Shown here piece after piece: positions 12,765-24,934 of a DNA stretch of 64,000 bases (positions are counted from its first letter, which is position 1; each line of letters starts with the position of its first letter). A program made the translations under genes and the position numbers. Origin of the DNA: Octopus sinensis. Lineage: Eukaryota. The stretch spans positions 77,996,001 through 78,060,000 of the forward strand of contig NC_043003.1 in assembly GCF_006345805.1 (NCBI RefSeq), read 5' to 3'. The notes below the pieces were generated by a model. It was not told where the DNA came from, did not search any database, and saw only the letters and a list, made by a program, of their open reading frames with translations.

Positions 12765-12803
<39 letters not shown>

Positions 12804-12836
12804 ATATATATACATAAATATATATATATATACATG

Positions 12837-12883
<47 letters not shown>

Positions 12884-12997
12884 AATTAATTGCATGGCAA
12901 TTTTTAACATTTATGTATTAGTCTTGTTGGGTACCTCTCTAGCAGTATATTGGATATATGTTATCCCATGGTGGGTTGAATTTTCAACCCCTATCTC

Positions 12998-13042
<45 letters not shown>

Positions 13043-13143
13043 CATATATATATACATATATATATATTATATATACATATATATATTATATATATACATA
13101 TAATATATATATATATTATATATATATATATATATATAATACA

Positions 13144-13190
<47 letters not shown>
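12340..13190. repeat. (TA)n/(TACA)n microsatellite field
   Basis: Direct reading. Source of the YI-repeat ORFs. Confidence 0.95.
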
Positions 13191-13194
<4 letters not shown>

Positions 13195-13362
13195 GAAGTA
13201 AATATATGGCACAACGAAGTACTGATATTTACTGGAAATAGCGAACGTAATAATACGACGCTAATGTATAGCTTCACCGCGTATGTACTAGCAAAAATGC
13301 GTGAAAAAAATTGTCTTACCTCCAGGGAGAACATCTGAAAATGAAATACCTAGAAAAGGATA

Positions 13363-13442
13363 ATGTGGGACCGGAGCCGGTTTCAGATCTTTCAAGATAT
13401 GCCTCCACACATATACTTGATCTATCTTCATCAGCCAAACAT
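13363..13442 (-). ncRNA. Type I hammerhead ribozyme (copy 1)
   Basis: Minus strand: ATGTTTGG CTGATGA AGAT...CAAG.ATATG/CATAT.CTTG...ATCT GAA ACCGG CT CCGGT C CCACAT. Intact core, GUC site between 13369 and 13368. Confidence 0.85.
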
Positions 13443-13795
13443 ATACCACGACAACATTTCAGATGTTACAACATTAATGCCAATACACTTGACTGAAACG
13501 CCAAACCGCTAACAGAACGAGAACAGTGAAGAAGCTTCAATAAAATTAGTAATGCAATACGAAAGTATTGCTTTCCAGTAAAGAATAGCCCGCGAGGGAA
13601 AATTATACATAGAAGTAAATATATGGCACAACGAAGTACCGATATTTACTGGAAATAGCGAACATAATAATACGACGCTAATGTATAGCTTTGCTGCGTA
13701 TGTACTAGCAAAAATGCGTGAGTGCAACAAACTTGAAAAAAATTGTCTTACCTCCAGGGAGAACATCTGAAAGATGAAATACCTAGAAAAGGATA

Positions 13796-13875
13796 ATGTG
13801 GGACCGGAGCTGGTTTCAGATTTTTCAAGATATGCCTCCACACATATACTTGATCTATCTTCATCAGCCAAACAT
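13796..13875 (-). ncRNA. Type I hammerhead ribozyme (copy 2)
   Basis: Same fold. Stem III reads ACCAG CT CCGGT with one mismatch. GUC site between 13802 and 13801. Confidence 0.75.
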
Positions 13876-14274
13876 ATACCACGACAACATTTCAGATGTT
13901 ACTACATTAATGCCAATACACTCGACTGAAACGCCGAAATGCTAACAGAACGAGAATGGTGAAGAAGCTTCAATAAAATTAGTAATGCAATACGAAAGTA
14001 TTGCTTTCCAGTAAAGAATAGCCCGCGAGGGAAAATTATACATAGAAGTAAATATATGGCACAACGAAGTACCGATATTTTCAAGTTTGTTGCACTCACA
14101 CATTTTTGCTAGTACCTACGTGGTGAAACTATACATTAGCGTCGTATTATTACCTTCGCTATTTCCAGTAAATATTGGTACTTCGTTGTGCCATATATTT
14201 ACTTCTATGTATAATTTTCCCTCGCCGGCTATTCTTTACTGGAAAGCAATACTTTCGTATTGCATTACTGATTT

Positions 14275-14310
<36 letters not shown>

Positions 14311-14313
14311 TAT

Positions 14314-15845
14314 AAGGAGATAAATAAAAATATATGCATACATACAAACATATATGTACGTACCTACATCTACATGTATATGTACATGCATATATCAATA
14401 ATTATACGGGAGTACAGGACATCACAATAAGACGTAGAAACGGAAAAAGCCAAAAAACAAAAAACAAGAAAACGGAAAACGAAAAACAAATACAGGACGA
14501 GCTACACACGGACAAAACCCCCGTCATCAGCTGTCGCTAGAGGAGTCAGGCATGTTTCGAAGGCATAACAGAACACTAATCCAATAGGCCTTCCTGCGAG
14601 AGAATTAAAATAAAATTTCAAGCAGCGGGGCACAATGAGTACGAACACAGACAAGACGTAACAATAAGACTGCAAAATTAAAATACATGTACAAAAACAA
14701 ACACAAGAGGACGAACGAAAAAGCCTTTTTTCTGGCATAGACAAACAATAAAACTGCAAAAATAAAAATACATGTACAAAAAGTACAATTAGTTACAAAA
14801 CGAGAAAATAACAAGAATACTATACAGGAAATCAACCACACAAGGGGACGAACGAAGAAGCCTTTGCTGGCAAGGACGAAAGTGTAGTAGCAGCGCGTGG
14901 AGGCAGTCTTTTCAATAGTGGGAACCACGTGTAAAGGAATTTTGTTTTATAGGCAAGGAAGAGGGAAGGAGGAGGGGGACACGCGGCGAAGAGAGAGGAG
15001 GAGGGGGAGGGAGAAAGATTGAAGAGGTTAAAGCAAAGGAGAGAGTACCGCATCTTCAATATAATATATAAATATATATATATATATATTATATATATAA
15101 GGAGATAAATAAAAATATATGCATACATACAAACATATATGTACGTACCTACATCTACATGTATATGTACATGCATATATCAATAATTATACGGGAGTAC
15201 AGGACATCACAATAAGACGTAGAAACGGAAAAAGCCAAAAAACAAAAAACAAGAAAACGGAAAACGAAAAACAAATACAGGACGAGCTACACACGGACAA
15301 AACCCCCGTCATCAGCTGTCGCTAGAGGAGTCAGGCATGTTTCGAAGGCATAACAGAACACTAATCCAATAGCCTTCCTGCGAGAGAATTAAAATAAAAT
15401 TTCAAGCAGCGGGGCACAATGAGTACGACACAGACAAGACGTAACAATAAGACTGCAAAATTAAAATACATGTACAAAAACAAACACAAGAGGACGAACG
15501 AAAAAGCCTTTTTTCTGGCATAGACAAACAATAAAACTGCAAAAATAAAAATACATGTACAAAAAGTACAATTAGTTACAAAACGAGAAAATAACAAGAA
15601 TACTATACAGGAAATCAACCACACAAGGGGACGAACGAAGAAGCCTTTGCTGGCAAGGACGAAAGTGTAGTAGCAGCGCGTGGAGGCAGTCTTTTCAATA
15701 GTGGGAACCACGTGTAAAGGAATTTTGTTTTATAGGCAAGGAAGAGGGAAGGAGGAGGGGGACACGCGGCGAAGAGAGAGGAGGAGGGGGAGGGAGAAAG
15801 ATTGAAGAGGTTAAAGCAAAGGGAGAGAGTACCGCATCTTCAATA
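14314..15845. repeat. Near-identical ~785-bp tandem duplication of a (TA)n-flanked element
   Basis: Copies start AAGGAGATAAATAAAAAT at 14314 and 15099. The differences seen are single-base indels. Confidence 0.9.
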
Positions 15846-15850
15846 TAATA

Positions 15851-15915
<65 letters not shown>

Positions 15916-16113
15916 GACAAATGAATTATCTTATTACGGATAATTCGAAAGATAACCGATACCTGGGTAGCAAACTCACAACAGAAAGGGCACGGTTGAA
16001 GTTACGACCATAGGGCATAAAATCCGTGCCTTAGTGCGGAAATTTGAAGTTTTTTATATTAAGTATAGGAAAGAATGGAGCTGAACGAAGATTTAACAAA
16101 ATTCCTTTATTTT

Positions 16114-16199
16114 ATTTTCGACATATGTTTCGAAGTCTGCAAAGCCCCTAATTCCTAGTGAGTAAGGAGTCCATTATGCAGCTTTCTCTTCAGGAAAAT
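16114..16199 (-). ncRNA. Type I hammerhead ribozyme of Penelope-like element
   Basis: ATTTTC CTGAAGA GAA.GCTGCA...TGCAG.CTTC GAA ACATATGT C GAAAAT. Perfect 6-bp stem I, intact core, palindromic stem III, GUC site. Confidence 0.85.
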
Positions 16200-16769
16200 C
16201 CAGGAACTTAAATCTCCAACAAAATGCACAACAAGCTTTTCGACGACTGCTCACGAGGAGCCCATAAAAATAATGATAAATAATGTCTATTTATAGGGGT
16301 TGACACCAGGTTGGATGAAAGCAGAAGAAATTGTCCGTTGACATAGTTCAAGGGCAGAATCAAGGTACGAAAAGGAAGGTATAGGAAACTTAAAGAGAGT
16401 GAATGTATTCTGTATGATTGGTGTTTATATTTGATTTATTTTATGAATGAGTGCTCGGATGTATGAGTGTGTAAAATTGCCTTAATGTGTGTGTGTGTGC
16501 GCGTCATTGAATGCGTGAAAGTGTGTGGAAGGCAGAGAGAGAGAGATAGCAAGAATTAACGGTCAAGAACTGAAAAGACTGTGTCTGTGTATTCGAATGT
16601 GACAACTTAATAGGGAGAGGGCGGCCACAATAGCAATGACAAGATACAAGGTTACTGTTGGGATTGGTAGTAGTTCTTGGCGACTATGAGAAAGTCTTTT
16701 ATACTAAAAGGGATGAGATATCACCTTTCAAATTTTTTTAGGAAATCCAGGGGTTATTTATATTAGACT

Positions 16770-17092
16770 TCATTGGTATGAGAGAAAGGTATGCTTTTTC
16801 CAGTGAAGGCATCTGAAAGAACTCTCCACAATCGAGTTTATTAGTCGGCCTCGGGCAAACAGAATATGAAAGAGTTCGGAATTACATAGGGCACAGATTT
16901 TTTTGCCCTTATCAAACGGTAAAGACACCGATAATATTGACCATTCCAGCCTAAAAGTTGAATTCACATTCTTCAAACTCCAGACTAATTTGCTTAGCCC
17001 AGTGGAGTGTTGTTTCTTTTTATCCCTAAATGTGGAAAAATGGTTCAATATTCTTGTGGCTAATTTAGATGAGGTAGCGCCGATATAAAGCT
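16770..17092 (-). pseudogene. Penelope GIY-YIG endonuclease fragment, 5'-truncated
   Basis: YIG motif near 17085, NH..F, LSK.VW.LK, C..C..E and C.H motifs. Stop at 16770. Confidence 0.8.
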
Positions 17093-17208
17093 TTAAAATG
17101 CTTATATTATTATATTATTATATTGGATATAACTTTCTATGTGTATTCCAGAAAATAAGGTTGTCCTGAAATAGGAGTTGTGGTTCTATTGGTAAAATCC
17201 AAAATTTG

Positions 17209-17256
<48 letters not shown>

Positions 17257-19086
17257 GTGTGTGTGCATAGAGAGAGCATGATGAGAGAGAAGAGAGATCT
17301 TTAATATATTTACTAGAACCTGAAACTACATAAGAATGATACTTTTGTGGAACATTCCATTACTATACACTGTCACAGACTTCAAGACTACCACTGAATT
17401 AATATTTATATTATAAGAATACAAAGCATTATTCTTAAAGGAACTTACTTTCTTAGAAGTGTCAGGTTCATTCATCCTGAAATTTATCTAAAGATAATAG
17501 AACTTCCTCTATTTTTGCTTTCATTGCCATAAACCCTTATATGCACATACTTTCTACACTGTATGTAGTGTAAATCAATATATTATATTATCAAAATTGG
17601 TTGGATAGCTTTATGGAATATAAGGCTTGGCTGCATTAGAATTTACATTATAAGCTGGCGGAATATTTGATTATATATCATGTTCTGAAAATCCTATATT
17701 ATTGAACATACTGTTTATTATCTCAAAAAAAAAAAAAAAATCCTGATAATTTTGGGAGTAGCTATTTAAGTTATGTATAGATGCTGTAAAAGATATATGG
17801 CCATCATGTACTGTGAAACTTAAATGAATATAGTTGACACAAAATATTTACAAAGTTGTGAAAGCAAACACCATGAATTACACTGTCAAAATTTTGAATT
17901 TCTTTTTTGTCTTTGGTCAGTAAGTGTTATTTCCTTTTTACTTCTATCTAGAAATTAAAGGAAATTATTACTATTCACTTCAAACTTTCTTTTGTGACCT
18001 GGATATCAATGTTTTCAAACTGACCTATTTTCCATTACATTTCAGACAGATTCAACATTGAGTTGTTGATGCAAAAATATCATTATAGCAAATATCCTGC
18101 TTAATACTACAGATTTGCTTGACCTTAACCACTTGAGCATGTCCCTTAGTGGCTGATAATATGTGCATCTCTGATCATGAGCAAGAGTGGTGTGAGAGCA
18201 TCACAGCCATCTATTGAGAGGGATTTTGTGGGGTCTGAATAAATGTAACAAAAGCAAAGTTTGAAGGAAATATTAACCATTTTCAATACTTTCTAGGGGT
18301 AAGCAAATGGGAAATAACAGCTACTACCGAAGAACAAAAATCATATTACACAGTCAATATTATTAATCTTATACATAAATGACAATTTCTGTCTGTCAAT
18401 CTGTCTGTAACCCTCTTGCTGCCTACACCAGTGGAATAATTTTGACGAAGCTTTGCATACATATTAAACTAACATCTAGTTCAATTATAGGCTACTTGGA
18501 TTTCAATAAAAATCTATAATGGGCCCCCAAGTGGGGTTAGGCTATTATTTGATAAAATGAGAAGGGTGCAAAGAGCATTAGTGTGAGGGAAATGTGGTGG
18601 CATAGTGAGTGTGTCTGATATCAGGGAAGGGGAGAACAGTGGAGTGTAAGTGACAAATATGAAGTGCCAGTGGGATGGGAACATTAATATAGCTGTCATT
18701 CACTGATACACACACAACACTGCATACATACTTTCGTAAATACATAGATACATGCACACACACACACACACACACAATACACACACACACACATGCATAT
18801 ACACACAACTAACTTTTAAAATGCCAAGGAAAGGAAAGAAAGGTGGGTGTGAGGAATATGCAACACTACTGGTATATTACCTATATTTAACCATGGACAT
18901 ACATATGCGAAAATATTATGTTCATAAGTTATAGGTAAAGACTCATTCCTTGCTCAAAAATAATAAATAAATGATAATTGATGTAAGTCAATTGTTGTTA
19001 ATCAGCACTTCTCCATTTTCTATTTATTTTATATTTTTATATAATATAATATTATAATATTAGAATGTAAATTATGTTATCACATA

Positions 19087-20228
19087 TTAGAGTGTTCAGA
19101 AAGTAATTGTGTTTTTTCATCACTATGAAATAGGAATCAACCACTCATGTCTGAGCCAAGGTTGAATGATTGGGAACTGTCAAGAAATAGTATATCATCT
19201 CTTCTATCAGGTAGTGTGTCATTCATAGTTATTTTAGTAATTCACCCTATGGAGGATAAGAACTTTATGAAACAGCATATTTGCCAGTGCTTACTGTATG
19301 AGTTTTGAAAGAAAAGTACCACTACAGAAGCAATGGAAAACACTTGTGAAGTGCACCTGGATGCAGTGAAAGTTCATACATATCAGCTATGGTTTAAAAG
19401 GTTTAAAGATGGCAATTGTAACATATCTAACAAGTCTTATTCTAGAAGATGACCCACTCTGAATGACGATCTTTTGAATGAGACTATTTTTTTCGGATCC
19501 ATGTCAAAGCACCAGAGATTTGGTACAAAAATATAATGTACCATGTTCAACTAGCCATGAACATCTCAAACAAACTGGAAAATCATGCAAAATGGGAATT
19601 TGGGTGCACTGTAACAGGTGATGGAAAATGGGTTTTGCAGTAAAGAGAAAAGGAAAAAGACAATGACTATCATGTATTGAGAGTCAATGCCAACACGAAA
19701 GCCAGAACACCATCCACAAAAATCGTTGCTCTGTGTTTAGTGGAACTACAGGAACATGGAAGGACCATTAATGCAGATGTCTTTGCCAATAATTTGAATG
19801 TGTAATTGGAAAATTATGTCAAAAGTGGCCAGCTATGGTAAACAGAAAAGGTGTTATTCTCCAGAATGACACTGCATGACCACACTCTTCAAACAAACTC
19901 AAGAAAAAATAAGATTGTTAGAATGGGAAGTTCTTCTACATCTTCCATATTCATCTGATTCAGCATCGATGGATTTCCATCTGTTCTGATCACAAGAGCA
20001 TTTTATGAGAGGCAAAACATTCAGAAACAGAAAGGAAGTTGAAAATAGTCCTTCAGACATTTTTCAGGAAAGGAAATAGGTTTCTTTGAATGTGACATAA
20101 AACAAGTTGCTTTCTCATTTAACTTCAGTCATTGAAAACTACTCTTCATTAAAACTATTCAGATAAACAGTTTACATTCATTTTTATATCCTCTCTGGAA
20201 AAAAGCAATTACTTTCCGAACACCCTAA
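19087..20228 (+). mobile_element. Full-length degenerate mariner transposon
   Basis: TIRs TTAGAGTGTTCAGAAAGTAATTG / CAATTACTTTCCGAACACCCTAA with TA flanks. Decayed transposase MEDKNFMKQHICQCLLYEF*...LWFKRFKDGN...WEVLLHLPYSSDSASMDFHLF*. Confidence 0.9.
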
Positions 20229-20270
20229 TATATTGTGATAATACATTATAATATATATGATAACCTTTTA

Positions 20271-20925
20271 AGGCAGTAAGCCAGCAGAGTCATTAGCACA
20301 CCAAGCAAAATGCTTAGCAGCATTTCATGTCTTTACACTCTGAGTGTAAAGCCAGAAGCTGGCTACCCGCATGGTTTTTGGTCTCAAGCAATTGTCTTAT
20401 GAAGAAAGGCTGAAAATGCTCGATCTTTATTCTCTCGAAAAACGCCGCCGCCGTGGTGATCTCATTCTCGCTCACAACATCATAAGCGGAAAGTGTAACC
20501 TCTTGAAAGTGCTGTTCTTCACTCCTGCTCCAGAGCGTGGGTTGCGGGGTCACTCTGAAAAGCTTTATCTACGACGATTTCATCTCAATCGAAGGAGGAG
20601 GGCTTTCTCCGTCCGGGTTGCAGATCTGTGGAATAAGCTGCCGGACGAGATAGTGAAGATGCCGACGACCGCTTGGTTCAAAGTCTCTCTTGACCAGAAA
20701 TGGCCTGAACTCTTTGTATGACCACCTTCCCTGTACATAACTCCTTGTCCCTCTACATGACCTTGCTTTTGCTTTTTGAGCCAATAAAAATTGAATTGAA
20801 TTGAATTGAGTTCAAACTCTGTTGGAGTCAACTTTGCCATTCATCCTTCTCAAGGTTGATAAAATAAGTACCAGCTGAGTACTGAGGACAAACTTGCTGG
20901 TCCTGTGCCAAAATTTGAAACCAAT
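20271..20925 (+). mobile_element. Old SINE family B split by a CR1 insertion
   Basis: Head runs to ...CTGAGT at about 20345 and resumes TGAGTTCAAACTC at about 20807. Confidence 0.65.
20346..20808 (+). mobile_element. CR1-group LINE 3' fragment
   Basis: QKLATRMVFGLKQLSYEERLKMLDLYSLEKRRRRGDLI...GLRGHSEKL...FSVRVADLWNKLP (CR1 ORF2 C-terminus), then AATAAA and an (ATTGA)n tail. Confidence 0.9.
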
Positions 20926-21479
20926 ACATATAATAAACCTATATACTATTATAATATATTATCGCTTATAATATAAAGTTCCTAATTTTTTATGCACCCA
21001 TTGTTTGTCTACCACCAACACTTCACAACTGGTGTTGGTGTGTTTGTATCCCTGTAACACAGAAGTTTAGCAAAAAGAGGCTGATAGAATAAATACCAAA
21101 CCTTTAAAACAAGATAGGTATTGGGGACAATAAGTTTGGCTTAAATTCTACAAGGTGATACCCTGGCATGGTTGCAGTCTAATGAATGATACAAGTAAAA
21201 GATAAAAGACAAAAAATAAAGTCTATACATTTTAAGTAGATAATTTCTGTGAAAATTGTGCTCTAATTATGGTAATTTCTGTTAGCATTGTGACCTAATT
21301 AGGTTGATGTAAGGGGAAGAAATTAACAAGCTCTGTAATGACGTTTACCAATTTATTTACCTCTGTCAGTATTGAATAGATTTTCAGTCTGTGAGCAAAA
21401 GGTCAACTGTATGAAATATGTGTAAGGGTGGCAATGTTTTGTAGCAGTTAGACATAGTATGAAGTAATGAAACATTGTA

Positions 21480-22000
21480 ATAAAGCATTAATTGAGGAAA
21501 ATCTATAAGATATGGAGCATTGAATAAGGAAGTTCTACAGGACATGTAGCATTAAATATGTAAGTTCTATGAAATGCATTAAATTTAGAAGTTTTTTTTA
21601 AGACGTGAAGTAGCAAATATGGACATTCCATAAGATATTAGGCATTGAATGTGGAAGAAGTTTTATGTAACATGGAGCACTGAGTTCAATAGGACATGGA
21701 GCACTGAATGTGAAAGCTCAATGAAACATGAGACATTAACCCTTTAGCATCCAGATTATTCTGTCAAATGCAATGTTTATTCATTCACATTGTTTTAAAT
21801 TAATCTTGTAGCTTTGAGATTTTGATGATGTGAATGATTATTTTTTGGAAGACATTGTAGGTTAGTTGTGAGAAGCCAGATCTGGCCAGTTTGAACGTAA
21901 AACAAGAAGAAAATTCGGACCAAATATAGCTGGGCTAAATGCTAATGGGTGAAATGTGAATGATCTATAAGAGATGAAGCACTCAATGTGGAAGTTCAAC
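21480..22000. repeat. Diverged ~30-bp minisatellite
   Basis: Units like GACATGGAGCACTGAATGTGGAAGTTCTATAA, interrupted by a MITE. Confidence 0.55.
21736..21953. mobile_element. piggyBac-like MITE
   Basis: TTAA-CCCTTTAGCAT ... ATGCTAATGGG-TGAA. Confidence 0.65.
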
Positions 22001-22231
22001 AGATGTTCAAAAGGAAAAAAAGTTCATTTTTTTTCTTCTTAACAATATTTTGGCTTGAAGGAATTCACTGGACCCTTGACCTTCCTGAACCTTTTGAGAC
22101 TAAAACTGTGATCAGTTAAAAGTGAAGGGTTACTTGTTCTGAAAGCTGAGAGAGTAACAGGATATCAACCCTTTCATGTCACTACATAAGCTTTCTTTTA
22201 TTTTCACAAAAAAACAAAACAAAAAAAAAAA

Positions 22232-22383
22232 CAGGCTTTGGTGTGTGGTAAGCAGTTTGCTTCCCAACCTAGTTCCAGGTTCAATTCCATAGCACCTTCA
22301 GTAGGTGTCTTCTATTCTAGGCTCGGCCCAACAAAAGCCCTGTAAGCAGATTGGGTAAATGAAAATCAGAAGAAGCTCATCAT

Positions 22384-22422
<39 letters not shown>

Positions 22423-23216
22423 TGTGTGTGTATTTGTCCACCACCGCTACTTGGCATCGGGAGTCGGTTTGTTTATGTCCACATAACTTTGCAGTTTGGC
22501 AAACGGGACTGGAAGAAGTACCATGCTTAAATGAAAATAAACATAAAAAAGAAGTACTCAAGTCAATTCATTTGACTAAAATTCCTCAAGGCACAGATGT
22601 GGTTGTATGGTAAAAAGCTTGCTTCCCAACCACCTAGTTCTGGGTTCAGTCCCACTGCATGGCATCTTCAGCAGACTGATCGAAGCCTTGTGAGTGGATT
22701 TGGTAGACAGAATCTTAAAGAAGCCTGTCACATGCACGCACACACACATATATGAGTATGTGCCTTTGTATCTGAGTTTGTCCCACCATCACCACTTGAC
22801 ATCCAGTGTGGGTTTGTTTGCATTCCTGTAACTTAGTGCTTCAACAAAAGAGACCAACAGAATAAGTACCAGGCTTAAAAAAAGAAATTAAGTACTGGGG
22901 TCAATTCATTCGACTAAAAATTCTTGAAGGTGGTGCCCCAGCATGGCCACAGCTTAATGACGGCAACATATATATAATAAAAGGTAAATGATAAAGAATT
23001 TTGAGAGACTCAGTAAATTCCTTTTTTTGTTATGGGAGTAGCTGTGTGGTAAGTAGCTTGCTTACCAACCACATGTTTCTGGGTTCAGTCCCACTGTGTG
23101 GCACCTTGGGCAAGTGTCTTCTACTTTAGCCTTGGGTCAACCAATGCCTTGTGAGTGGATTTGGTAGACGGAAACTGAAAGAAGCCCATCGTATATATAT
23201 ATATATTATATATATA

Positions 23217-23258
<42 letters not shown>

Positions 23259-23493
23259 TCATCATCATCATCGTCGTCGTTTAACGTCCGTTCTCCATGC
23301 TAGCATGGGTTGGACGGTTCGACCGGGGTTCTGGGAAGCCAGAAGGCTGCACCAGGCTCCAGTCTAATTTGGCAATGTTTCTACAGCTGGATGCCCTTCC
23401 TAACGCCAACCACTCCGTGAGTGTAGTGGGTGCTTTTGGGGGGACAAACACAGACAAACAAACGTATACACACGTACATATCTATATATATAT

Positions 23494-23535
<42 letters not shown>

Positions 23536-23785
23536 ATATATATATATAGATATGTACGTGTGTATACGTTTGTTTGTCTGTGTTTGTCCCCCCAACATCG
23601 CTTGACAACCAATGCTGGTGTGTTTACGTCTCCGTAACTTAGCAATTCGGCAAAAGAGTCTGATAGAATAAGTACTGAGCTTACAAAGAATAAGTTCTGG
23701 GGTAGATTTACTCATTTAAAGGTGGTGCTCCAGCATGGCCACAGTCAAATGACTGAAACAAGTAAAAGAATAAAAGAGAAAAGAG
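22232..23785 (+). mobile_element. Cluster of three SINE family A copies; the third holds an inverted RTE tail and a palindrome
   Basis: Heads near 22235, 22590 and 23035. RTE 3' tail on the minus strand at 23255-23435. Confidence 0.75.
23436..23595. repeat. ~160-bp near-perfect palindrome
   Basis: TTGGGGGGACAAACACAGACAAACAAACGTATACACACGTACATATC...(TA)n...GATATGTACGTGTGTATACGTTTGTTTGTCTGTGTTTGTCCCCCCAA. Confidence 0.9.
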
Positions 23786-24934
23786 AGTATTCAGAACAAG
23801 GCTTACCGAAAGGTTCTTACAAAAAATTATGATGGAATACTTTGTTTTAAATATAAACACTTTAATAGTCTTTCATATCTAATATCTTTGTTTTGTTTGT
23901 CTATGTGGCTGTAGTTTGTGTACAGCCTGTATGATGCACAGTATATTGTTTTGCATTCTTTGTAGTCATTGCAGTTTGGAGAGATTGAGGTTCCAAGACT
24001 GGCATAATGCATAATATATTGTTTGCACACCATTGTAGTGACACCATTTTTGAAGTCTTCAGCGTGCATGTGCAGAGTTGGATTCTTCTAGGAGGCCTGC
24101 CAGAAGTTCCCTCATGCGCATGCGCAGAGAACCAGCAACAGGAAAACTTCCCGCGTATCGCTCTCTCGAAGCTGACAGCCGAATTGAACAGACACGCTCT
24201 CACAGCTACCCCAAGCTGCCACCACATGGCGAATGCTACACTATGCTGAAATGAGACAGGATTTGGTTCACACCACTTAACTACTGTGACTAGCACCATG
24301 GCTACTGGTTCGCCCCGAAGGAAATATATGTATATATATTATTGCGAATCCAGAAAAATAAAAATATCTATGTTGTTGAAGATATTCGAAGTCTTGGCTT
24401 TTCCTTCGACAAATAATTTAATGTAAGGGATGAGACCTGCACCCTTCAAGTGTTACAGACCTTTCATCCTGTTACACCATTATGGTAATTTTTCTGTGTC
24501 CCAGATGTGGTGAAAGTGCATGGCTTAATGGTTAGGGAATTTGGCTCTCAACTGTACGGTCGTGAGTTTGATACCTAGCAGTGCATTGTGTTCTTGAGCA
24601 AAACCCTTTATTTCACATTGCCCCAGTCCACTCAGCCGGCAAAAATGACTTGTACCTGTATTTCAAAGGGCCAGCCTTGTCATATTCTGTGTCATGCAGA
24701 ATCTGCCTGAGAGTACATGTGTCAGTGGGGTGCTCAGCCATTTGCGTGTTAATTTCACAAGAAGCCTGTTCCATCGATCAGATCAAGTGGAATGCTTGTT
24801 ATTGTAACCGATAGAGTGCCAGCTGACCAGTTGTGGTTCCTGTGATTACTCTAAATGTGATTTTTGCAACATTTGTTGATGTCAGAGGTAACTGGAATGG
24901 TAAACATGGGAGTTTTTTGTTAAGCCATAATATA

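Larger units (their letters stand above)
13191..14276 (-). mobile_element. Hammerhead-containing 433-bp tandem repeat plus inverted partial copy (retrozyme / Penelope pseudo-LTR-like)
   Basis: Units start CATAGAAGTAAATATATGGC at 13191, 13608 and 14041 (partial). 14081-14276 is an inverted partial copy. Each full unit carries a hammerhead on the minus strand. Confidence 0.85.
15915..17100 (-). mobile_element. Penelope-like element 3' fragment (GIY-YIG endonuclease C-terminus, 3' region and hammerhead)
   Basis: Minus strand KLYIGATSSKLATRILNHFSTFR...STGLSKLVWSLK...EWSIL...ICALCNSE...RCLHWKK matches the Penelope GIY-YIG C-terminal pattern. Hammerhead lies downstream. Confidence 0.85.

Noticed and set aside
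12106-13338. YI/YM-rich ORFs
   Set aside because: (TA)n microsatellite translations.
13509-13871. 120-aa ORF in the 433-bp repeat
   Set aside because: TTG start, no recognised motif, and better explained as non-coding ribozyme-bearing sequence.
14520-14600. Hammerhead in the 785-bp duplication
   Set aside because: GAAA and CTGATGA are present, but no arrangement gives a valid UH cleavage site with paired stems I and III.
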